Origin: Octopus vulgaris
Taxonomy: Eukaryota
Direction: 5' to 3'
NCBI GenBank assembly: GCA_951406725.2
Contig: OX597824.1
Location: 88,350,001 to 88,414,000, forward strand
DNA length: 64,000 nt
Shown: in pieces, positions 28,101 to 40,100 of the stretch
How positions within the stretch are numbered: the stretch's first letter is position 1
Layout: every line of letters starts with the position of its first letter
Translations under genes and position numbers: made by a program
The notes under the pieces: generated by a model
What the model was told of the DNA's origin: nothing
Seen by the model: only the letters and a program-made list of their open reading frames with translations
Databases searched by the model: none

Positions 28101-31100
28101 GCACCCACAACACCCACGGAGTGGTTGGCGTTAGCAAGGGCATCCAGCTGTAGAAACACTGCCAGATCAGACTGGAGCCTGGTGCAGCCTTCTGGCTTCC
28201 CAGATCCCCGGTCAAATCGTCCAACCCATGCTAGCATGGAAAACAGGCGTTAAATAATGATGATGATGATTATTATTATTATTATTATTATTATTATTTA
28301 CCTGAGGAATGTTTTTCAAAGACAAGATTCCAAACCCTCTTGGTGTGTTTTCTGGAACATAGATCTTCCTTCCACGTGTATTTTGCTCTTCTGTGATCGG
28401 TCCAGTCAGTACCATATGAATATTATATAAGCAACAAAGCTGGTTAGTATCAACATGGTTGTTAATCAGAGCATCTGCAGCCTATAAAGAACAAAAAAAC
28501 AAAAATCCTCCATTGAATTAATTTTTCGTTAAATACGTCAAATAGGAAAAGAGAATCCAACAAGAAAAAAGTCTGAACAAGACAGACATGAATCAACAAA
28601 TAAACAATTATAAGTAGGGCTGGAGAAATAATTTCATTTCTCAAAGGATCTATATTGATAAACACCTGGAACATAGGGGGCTGTATATATTTCTTTACTA
28701 CCCACAAGGGGCTAAACACAGAGAGGACAAACAAGGGCAGACAAAGGGATTAAGTCGATTATATTGACCCCACTGCGAAACTGGTACTTTATTTATCGAC
28801 CCCGAAAGGATGAAAGGCAAAGTCGACCTCGGCGAAATTTGAACTCAGAATGTAACGACAGACGAAATACCGGTAAGCATTTCGCCCGGCACGCTAACAT
28901 TTCTGCTAGCTCGCCGCCTTATAGGGGGCTGTATATATCATTTTATATACAACGACCAAAACGCCCCCCTCCAAAGGACGGTGCTGAGTTGTCAAACATT
29001 TAAACCAAATTTTCACAAAACAACTTGTCTGACCGTCCCATAGGCCTCCCTTTTGAGAAACACTGATTTAACCTAAATTTGAGATACCAGCAAAAGAAGA
29101 AATAAAGATAGACTTTTTTTTTCTATTCCAAAGAAAAACGATTTTATTCACATAAATATGCAACCAAAGAGTTTAAAGTACCAGTAAGTACATCGCAACA
29201 GCTGATATACTTGCACGTACAAATGTACGTTCCCACAGCTTTATTGATCACATTCTCACCTGGAATCAATTTTTGTAATTTCTTTCAAGACTTATACAAG
29301 CCCTGATACCGTCAGTATCTACATATCAAATTTGAGCGCAATCGGATGGAGGATGCCCGAGACCCTAGAAGACACACACAGACAGACAGAACGGATTTTA
29401 TATAATAGATTAGGACAATTCATTCTTGTTCTAGTGTTTTGAAAATGAGTGAATGAGAGAAGCAGACAGGTGTTTCACCCTTCAGCCTTCAGGTTTCTTT
29501 GTCAAATCTATTACTCTTACTCTATTACTTGTTTCAGTCATTTGACTGCGGCCACGCTGGAGCACCGCCTTTAGTCGAGCAACTCGACCCCGGGACTTAT
29601 TCTTTGTAAGCCCAGTACTTATTCTATTGGTCTCTTTTGCTGAACCGCTAAGTGACAGGGATATAAACACACCAGCATCGGTTGTCAAGCAATGCTAGGG
29701 GGACAAACACAGACACACAAACATATACACACACACATATATATATACATATATACGGCAGGCTTCTTTCAGTTTCCGTCTACCAAATCCACTCACAAAG
29801 CTTTGGTCGGCCCAGGGCTATAGCAGAAGACACTTGCCCAAGATGCCACGCAGTGGGACTGAACCCGGAACCATGTGGTTGGTTAGCAACCTACTTACCA
29901 CACAGCCAATCCTGCGCCTATTGCTTATTTATCCAGATTGCTTTGAATTAATCATGCATTATCTAGTAGCTCAGTGATTTTAATGGTGTGTTTGCACATT
30001 TTTAGAATGACATTGTCGGGGATGTGTGAGAGGCTGGATATGATCAGTTTTAACATAAAACAAGTAGAATATTTCAACTGGATATGGCTGGATTAAATAT
30101 TAAAGGGTTAAATAGGCGCAGGAGTGGTTGTGTGGTAAGTAGCTTGCTAACCAACCACATGGTTCTGTGTTCAGTCCCACTGTGTGACATCTTGGGCAAG
30201 TGTCTTCTGCTATAGCCCCGGGCCGACCAGTGCCTTGTGAGTGGATTTGGTAGACGGAAACTGAAAGAAGCCCGTCGTATATATGTGTGTATGTGTATGT
30301 GTTTGTCCCCCTAGCATTGCTTGACAACCGATGCTGGTGTGTTTACGTCCCCGTCATTTAGCGGTTCGGCAAAAGAGACCGATAGAATAAGTACTGGGCT
30401 TACAAAATAATAAGTCCCGGGGTCGATTTGCTCGACTAAAGGCGGTGCTCCAGCATGGCCGCAGTCAAATGACTGAAACATGTAAAAAAAAAAAATCCTT
30501 TAGCGTTCAGATTACTCTGTCAAATGTAATTCTTATTTGATTTATTCACATGGTTTTCAATGGAATCATTTATTATCTTGTAGCTTTGAGATTTTCATGA
30601 CATGATTGAATATTTTCATAAGGCAGGTGTGAGAGGCAGGATCAAGCCAGTCTGAACGTGAACAGGGAGAATATTTGGGCAGAATATGGCCGGATTAAAT
30701 GACAAAGGGTTAAAGCTTAATGTATGTTTCTTTGTTCAGGTGCAGAAACGTTAGTATGCCGGGTGAAATGCTTAGCGGTATTTCGTCTGCCGTTATGTTT
30801 TGAGTTCAAATTCCGCTGAGGTCGACTTTGCCTTTCATCCTTTCGGGGTCGATAAATTAAGTACCAGTTATGCACTGGGGTCGATGTAATCGACTTAATC
30901 CCTTTGTCTGTCCTTGTTTGTCCCCTCTATGTTTAGCCCCTTGTGGGTAGTAAAGAAATAGGTATTTCATCTGTCTTTACGTTCTGAGTTCAAATTCCGC
31001 CGAGGTTGACTTTGCCTTTCATCCTTTCAGGGTCAATAAATTAAGTACCAGTTACGCACTGGGGTCGATGTAATCGGCTTAATCCCTTTGTCTGTCCCTT

Positions 31101-34100
31101 CTATATTTAGCCCCTTGTGGGCAATAAAGAAATAAGAATTTTGCTTCCCAACCAGATGTGCTGTGCAATAGGATTGAACCCAAGACCACATGGTTCAGAA
31201 GCAAGCTTTTCACCCACACCTATGCTTGTACACAATTGTACTTTACATAATAAAAATAAACTTTTGGTAGGATTTCAAAGTTTGATACACGAATCTAAAA
31301 AGTCAAATGGTTTAGTCTATAAATCTCTTTATAAATTATGTTGATTTTTTTTCTTTTTGTGGGTGTGATATGGAATTCATTCACCTCCCCAAAGAAGTAC
31401 TACTCTAAACTAGTAAAAACACAGAAGTACCTTTTTGAAGTAATACTGTTTTCGTTTTGTGGTGCCTGGTCTTGGGCAGCCAATGAGTTCCTCCTCTTCC
31501 TCTTCTTCCCACTCTGCCTCATCTTCTTCCCCATATTTCAGAGGATCCTTTAGGGCTTCTTTCTCTTCATGCTTCAAAATCTCTTTCCCCACCGGAAGGA
31601 AGTGATCGTCTAGTTCTCCTGTAAAGAAAAAGAGTTAATTTATCAGAAACATATTAATCATCATCATCATCGTTTAACGTCTACTTTCCATGCTAGCATG
31701 GGTTGGACGATTTGACTGGGGACTGGCGAACCAGATGGCTGCACCAGGCTCCAATCTGATCTGGCAGAGTTTCTACAGCTGGAGGCCCTTCCTAACGCCA
31801 ACCACTCTGAGTGTAGTGGGTGCTTTTTACATGCCACCGGCACGAGGGCCAGTCAGGCAGTACTGGCAACGGCCACACCCAAATGGTGCTTTTTATGTGC
31901 CACCTGCACAGTAGCCAGTCCAGCGGCACTGGCAACGACCTCGCTCGAATGTTTTTTCCCATGCCACCAGCACAAGTGCTAGTAGGTGACGCAGGTAATG
32001 ATCACGCTCAGAATGGTGTTTTTAACGTGCCATCAGCTCAGAGGCCAGCTTGTTGCTCTGGCCCGATCTCACTCATATGGTTCTCTTAGCGCTCCACTAG
32101 CACAGATGCCAATCATCGAATTTGATTTCGATTTTATGTAAAGTGGATTTCGCTACTGTGAAGGTAAGTGGTTTAGTGGTTAAGGTATTTAGCTTTCAAT
32201 CATAAGGTCATGAGTTCAATTCCTGGTGAAGCGTTGTGTCCTTGAACAAGACACTTTATTTAAAATTGCTCCAGTCCACTCAGCTGGCAAAAATGAGTAG
32301 TCCTGTAATTCATAGGGCCAGCCTTGTCACATTGTGTGTCACGCTGAGTCTCCATGAGAACTACGTTAGGGGTACACGTGTTTGTGGAGTGCTCAGCTAC
32401 TTGCAAGTTAATTTAACGAGCAGGCTGTTCCGTTGATTGGATCAACTGGAACACTCGTCATCCTAACCAATGGAGTGTCAATAACTTTTATACAACAAAA
32501 GTAAATAAAAAAAAAACATAAAATATCTCTCGTTTCCAAGTAGTTAAAATTAATCTCAAAATCATCAAAATTAAGTGTCCATTTTCACACGTTAATGGGT
32601 CCAACGAAATAAACTGAGGCAGATTTTCTAAAGCTGGATGCTCTTCCTGTCACCAATCCTCACTTGCTTCCAAGCAAGGTAATATTTTACCATGGCCAGA
32701 CAGGCTTTTCATGGATGACTGGAAATGAACAAACTCACCTGTATGACAGTGATGCTCGTTTACAACCATGACATCAAGAGAAGGGTACACACAAACACAC
32801 ATATATGCACATACACATATAGGCGTAGGAGTGGCTGTGTGGTAAGTAGCTTGCTTACCAACCACATGGTTCCAGGTTCAGTCCCACTATGTGGCATCTT
32901 GGGCAAGTGTCTTCTACTATAGCCTCGGGCTGATCAAAGCCTTGTGAGTGGATTTGGTAGACGGAAACTGAAAGAAGCCTGTCGTCACTTAGCAGTTCGG
33001 CAAAAGATACTGATAGAATAAGTACTGGGCTTACAAAGAATAAGTCCCAGGGTCGATTTGCTCGACTAAAGGCGGTGCTCCAGCATGGCCGCAGTCAAAT
33101 GACCGAAGCAAGTTAAAGAGTAAAAGAGTAAAGAGTATATGACCGGCTTTTTCCAGTTTCAGTCAACCAAATCCACTCACAGTACTGTGCAGTGGGACTG
33201 AACCAGAGACATATGGTTGGGTTGCAAGCTTCTTAACCACAGAGCCAAGCCTGTATAAAAATTATTTTTCCAAATAATAGTTTTCTGTTTACCTTGAATT
33301 TGGAGTTCTTGGCACATTTTGAGCGCAGCAGACATTTTAGCTAACTTTTCTCTTGGCATTACATCTCCCTAAAGTAAAAAAAAATATAATTTCAGTTCAA
33401 AATTTCATGGAATTTTTACAACAATCATTTTTAATAGTTCATAAGTTAATAAAGGTAGAATTAATCACATTTTATCAAATTATATATTTGATATCAAATC
33501 AGCTCTGATTTTAGCAATATTCCTCAAATTTATATTAAATTTTCTTTAGCCTTTTCTACCCATTTTATCTATCATTTAATAATCAAAACCAGTTTCAATA
33601 TGTAATATCTTGAGAAGCCAGTTGAAATTATTGAAATTATTGTATACAGTGCTCAGGTGCACCACAGCTTGTCAAAAGTGCGTATAAAGAATATGTAGTA
33701 ATGTACAAATGTCTGGAAAGTGAACAGTGTATGAGTCAGATACATGCTTGTGTGTGTATGGAGGGGAGAAAATCAGGTGTAGTGTTGGCGAATCTCAGGA
33801 AGCATGGAAGTTTTGAAGGATGCAGTGCTCAGAGAATGAACAAACACTGAAATGAATTTGGAAAGTTATGAAGCAACGGCGGTGCATCAGCATGGCCACA
33901 GCTCTGAGCTGAAACTTTAATAAAAAAATTTTTTTTTTTTAAAAAGAGCAGAAAAGTTAATTAGTTTTGTAACATACTTGAACATCTTTCTTCACTGGAG
34001 AATTGATTGGTAGTTTAAGAGTAGCAACATAATGGGTTTCATTATTGACATTGACCTTTTCAACAGTGCATTTGGGTGTGAGGTGAGTAAAGGCATCACT

Positions 34101-37100
34101 AGGCAACTTAGCACAGTATCTGAAGAAAAGAATAAAAAGAAAATAATTTGTAAGCTGAACAATTTCTTTGTTTATTGTTTACTTATCACAGAAAATACTA
34201 AACTTTCAATTACAATAATAGTATATCATCATCGTCACCATCATCATTAACATCATCCTTATTTAACATCAATTTTTCATGCTATGATAGGTTGAATGGT
34301 TTGACAGGATCCAGGGGGCTGCAGGGTTACATGAGGCTCCGGTATCAGCTTTGGGATGGATTCTATGGCCGGATGCCCTTTTTATTGCCACTTTACAGAA
34401 TATACTGGGTGCTTTTTTACATGGCACTGGCACAAGTGAGGTCATTGCAAGGTGTTAATCCTTCACAGTGGTCAAGTGAAAATCAAGTTATAATAATAAA
34501 AGTCTAATCTTTGGTTTAGACATCATTATAAAAAAATAAGTAGAAACCCATAAAATTTTGAGGTGGCGAACTGGCAGAACCGTTAGCACGCCGGGTGAAA
34601 TGCTTAGCGGTATTTTGTCTGCCGCTACGTTCTGAGTTCAAATTCCGGCGTGGTTGACTTTGCCTTTCATCCTTTCGGGGTCGATTAAATAAGTACCAGT
34701 TACTCACTGGGGTTGATATAATTGACTTAGTATGTATTGAATGTACTGGATGTTGATGAGGCTGACTTTGCCTTTCATCCTTTCAGGGTTGATAAATTAA
34801 GTACCACTTGCATACTGGGGTCGATCTAATTGACTGGCCCCCCTCCCCCAAAATTTCAGGCCTTGTGCCTAGAGTAAAAAAGAACAATTTCTTGATAGAG
34901 AATTTGGAGAGAGAGTTTGTTTAACTGACCTGTTAACAATAGAGATGGCTGAAAACAGTGTAATGGGAGAAGAAGAATTGTTGTTGTTGTTGTTGTTATT
35001 GTTTGTGTTGTTATTGGTATTTAAAACTACCGACTGTGGGATGTTGTACTGTTCAAGGATCTGTATAAGTTCTTCCTTGGAAGGCTCAGCTTTATTTATG
35101 TATTTTCGCAATAAAACCTGAAACAACACAAAAAAATATAGACTTTAAAGGATGAATACTGTATGCTCTATTTCATCTTCGCACCAGACAACATGCTTTA
35201 AAATAAGGTATATTCTTTCTAAGAAAACCAGTTTCCTACAAAATATATGTTCCTATAGCAATGTATTGACATTGGTTTCTCTGAGTCGCAGAGAAATCAA
35301 ATACCCAAGATTTATTTCGTTCGATATAGGTGTAGGAGTGGCTGTGTGGTAAGTAGCTTGCTTACCAACCACATTGTTCCGGGTTCAGTCCTACTGCATG
35401 GCACCTTGGGCAAGTGTCTTCTACTATAGCCTTGAACCGACCAAAGCATTGTGAGTGGATTTGGTAGACGGAAACTGAAAGAAGCCCATTGTATATATGT
35501 ATGTATATATATATATATAGTTTATCGTTCATATATATAGTTTATCTTTCTTTTCCCCATGTCCTTAACTAATTTTTCCCTTTCTTGAAGATTATGGAAA
35601 CTTGTAACAAAAAGCAAGAAATTTCTAGTTGTATTACTTGAAAATTTTGAAGGTCGCAAGATGGCAGAATCGTTAGCACAATAAACGGAATGTTTAAAAG
35701 CATTTCTTTCGGATCTACATTCTGAGTTCAAATCCCATCACTGTTTGACTTTCCCTTTCTCTGTTCACAGTCAACGGAAAAAAAATTTAACAGTTGAGCA
35801 TTATGGTCAATGTAATCATGTAGCGTGTTCTTCATCTCAACAAAATTTTAGGCCTGTGCTTATGGTGGAAAGAATTACCTTGCAATTTTTTTTATCATGC
35901 TACTGAACAAATATAGATTTCTACCAAACAAATATAGGTTTCCATAAAGATATATATAAAAAAAAAAACATTTAAATTATTTACCTGTTCTATTCTTTTG
36001 TATGTATTGAGTTCTGTTAAAAATGGTCGTGCTTTTTCACTGTCAATTAGCATGAGGAAACTTGCATTTCGAGCACGTGCACGAGCCTGTAGAATATAAT
36101 TTGTATAAGGGCATGTATAAGTATATATATATCTATGTCTTTATTGCCCACAGTGGGCTGAACATAGAGAGGACAAACAAGGACAGACAAATATTAATAA
36201 ATTTTATAGTGGGGAACAAATGGTTTCTTTTATGGTATAAACATAATGACTGTAACTTTTTCAAGAGCAAATGTATTTTTCAAATTATTCCACTGAGCAC
36301 CTGTTCAGGGTATGTTGATTTTGTGGTAGAAGTGAGCTAATGTACAGCACAAACATTCAATTACTATAAACATCTCATCTGTGCAAGCTTGTCCAGCAAA
36401 GCATAGCAGAACCCTCATGTGGCATCTAGTCAATGTCATATGTCAAAAGGCAGCGAGCTGGCAGAAACGTTAGCACACCGGGCGAAATGCTTAGCAGTAT
36501 TTCGTCTGCCACTACGTTCTGAGTTCAAATTCTGCCGAGGTCGATTTTGCCTTTCATCCTTTCGGGGGTTGATTAAATAAGTACCAGTTACGCACTGGGG
36601 TCGATATAATGGACTTAATCCGTTTGTCTGTCCATGTTTGTCTCCTCTGTGTTTAGCCCCTTGTGGGTAGTAAAGAAATAAGAACCCTCACCTCCTGGAA
36701 TCTGTCCAGAGACGTGCAACCAAACGCATACCCTCCATCAGACACCTACCATATTCTGAGCGCCTTGTTTCCCTGGGCATGGATTCTCTGAAGCTCCGGC
36801 GTTTGCCGAAACTTCACCTGATTATATATACACTTTAGATGAGTTGTAGTGCACCTGAGCACTGTACACAATTATTATTATTATTATTATTATTATCTAC
36901 AACAGCAAATTCTTGCCGTCCAAGAATTTGGACCTGGATATCACCATTTTCAGCGACTTCGAGGGCCACCTCCCAGTGGTGTCGGGTGTCAAACGAAGAG
37001 CCCTCAACTACAACAAGACGTCCAAAGTTTTTTTTTTTCCAAGGTCTGGGGTCTCCCGCCCCTAAGCCCTAGACCATCACCTAATCACCCTTACCCATCT

Positions 37101-40100
37101 TGTTGCTTAACAACAACAACAACAATCTACAACAGCAGAGTTCATGATATATCAATTAGCATTTAATGAAAAGTGAAATGTTACCTTTGACTGACTATAA
37201 GACTTGTAGTCTTTCGGTGGATCAAAGCAAACAACCAAATTACACTTTGGTATGTCAATACATTCTTCAAAGTTAGACGTTGCTACCAATACGTTGATCT
37301 CCTGCATACGGAATTTACGTAAAACCTCTTCATGCTTCCGGAAGGTCGTGGATTCTCTCTTAGCTCCATACTTATAACCAGTGATGTGTCCGTTCTTAAC
37401 AAAGCACATATTTTCATCCCACGCACAGATCTCTTCAATTACCTTATTTAACGCATATGCGACATATTTGCAATCAACGAAAATAAGTCCACATAATCTC
37501 TTTTCTTCTTCCTGTTCCAAAGGATCGGAGTCGGAATACTCTGCTCGAGCGGCAGCTGGGTGTTTCAAAGTGATATGTAAGTCGTTCTTGTGGTGAGATG
37601 AATTAACGTAGTCATCACTGTCGGAGTCAGATAGATCATCCATCGTGTCGTCATCGGAATGTTCCATTCCATCAGCATTTTCATCTCTCAAAATTACAAA
37701 CTCAAATTCTGGTTTATAACCACGCAGAATATTCACCAATTTAATAACTTTCGGAGTAAGAAACGGTAAAAAGTCATCAATACAATAATCAATGTTGAAT
37801 AACTTCTCAAATGTTTTGGTCACAATCCTGAGTTGAGTTGTTGTGTAACGTAGTAGCAGCTTACCAATTTCTGACTGTTCATGTCCAATAATTTTTTCTA
37901 ACTGTTTAATAAACATTTCTGCTATGTGATTGGCACACCATGGTCCTAGGACATCGAGTATGTTAAGACACTGAGCAAGAGCTGTGCGAGGAACTTGCAG
38001 AGGATCTTTAATATTTTCTTTCTCCTTCTCAGAAAGGATACATTCATCGATAAAAAATAAAGATTCTTGCAGGATCATAGAAACTTCTGGCATTTGCTGG
38101 ATCTCATCAAAGTCACTATTACATTCCAGCACATTTTCTTTGGGGCTGGTGCCATGGCGTTCAGAGAAAACTAAAGTTGATGTCTCAGCAACTGAGTGAA
38201 ATATGGACTCTAATTTGTTGATGGTATTTTCTAGCTCGTTAGGGTCTCGACATTTACTAGACAGCAAAACTGCAGTCAACACAACAATTCGAGGCTGTAA
38301 ATTTTTTTCACATTTTTCATAGATTTTCATTACCTAAAAAATATAAATCGATAAATGAATAAATCGATTGAATAACCCCAGGGTGGTCACAGTTCAGTGA
38401 CTGAAACAAACAAACAATAAAATAAAGAAATAAGAAAAAAAAACAAGGATATCTTCGGTACTTCTTTGCACCTATAATACTTTTGAACATTTTTAAACAA
38501 AGACATTTTAACAAATGATTTTAAGTACATGTGTCTTCATGCTTTACAAAATATGAAATGAAAGTAACTTCACTTACCTCTTTATGTGACTCACTAACAC
38601 AGATATCGGAACACTCGTCAATAAGAAGAAGGTTTACTTGATTAAGTGATAAGAATTCACACTGTAGAATGTTGAGAAAAACTGAAGCTGTTGTAACAAA
38701 CACTTGATGTGTCAGCAGTTCTGGAATCCATTTATCAGCCTGATCGGCTGTTATTTCTGTATCATCAGTGTAATAACCGACTGACAGGTCTGTATGATGG
38801 CAGACTACTTTGGCCTGTGACTCTACATTGACTGAAAGACAAAAAAAATAAAAAGACATCAAAATGGTTTTCAGAACATCAGATTAGGATTTCATTTCAT
38901 TTTATCTAGTTTCAGCTCACGAGCTGTGGCCATGCTGGGGCACTGCCATTTGGTGTTGCTACATGATTTTACTTTACGAGTGCTTTTTAGCAATTGCCAT
39001 TTGGTGCATGAGAGAGTTCGATGCAGCTGCCCTCATCTGCACCTCCTGCCGTGAAGTTGGTTCATCTGAGACACCTGACAGGAAGAGATCTAGTTTTATT
39101 TTAAAGACATCTGCATCCACCCCATTCAGGTCTCTCAGGTTCTTCGGGAGGATATTGAAGAGCTGTGGACCTCTGAAGCCCAGGCTATCACAGTATCTTG
39201 TCCTACATCTTGATGGCAAATTTGGAGTCCTAGGCACTATGCAGTAGCACCCAGTTCTAGCATTTATGCAACTCTCGATGCCAAAGTTTGGGACAAGTCC
39301 TTCTAGGATCTTCCAGATGTATATTATGGCATATCTTTCTCGCCTACGCTCTAAGGAATAGAGTCTTAATCTCTTGAGTCTTTCCCAGTAGCTTATATGC
39401 TGCACAGAGGCTATCTTCTTCGTGTAGCTTCGTTGGATCGCCTCAAGTTCTGTGATTAACTTGACACTGGATGGTGATCATAGCTGAGAGTAATAGTCAA
39501 AAAGAAAAGAAAAAGGACAACATGCTGTCATTATCATCATCATCATCATTATTGTCATCACCACCACCACCACTATCGTCATCATTGTACTGTTCAATTT
39601 TCCATGCTTGAATGGGTCAGATGAAATTTGAGAATTTGCTGAGATAGATTTTCTAGGGCTGAATGTCTTTCCTGTTGTCAACCATCTTTTCAAAAATGGA
39701 CTAAAAATGAGCAGCATCACTTGTATGACAGTGATGTTTATTTGCAACCATTATGTGAAGGGCATCCAGCTGTAGAAACACTGCCAGATCAGACTGGAGC
39801 CTGGTGCAGCCTCCTGGCTTTCCAGACCTTAGTCAAATCATCCAACCCATGCTAGCATGGAAAATGGACGTTAAACGATGATGATGATACACATAGCGCA
39901 GGAGTGGCTGTGTGGTAAGTAGCTTGTTTACCAACCACATGGTTCCGGGTTCAGTCCCACTGCGTAGCATCTTGGGCAAGTGTCTTCTGCTATAGCCTCG
40001 GGCCGACCAAAGCCTTGAGTGGATTTGGTAGACGGAAACTGAAAGAAGCCTGTCGTATATATGTATGTATATATATATGTATGTGTGTGTATATGTTTGT

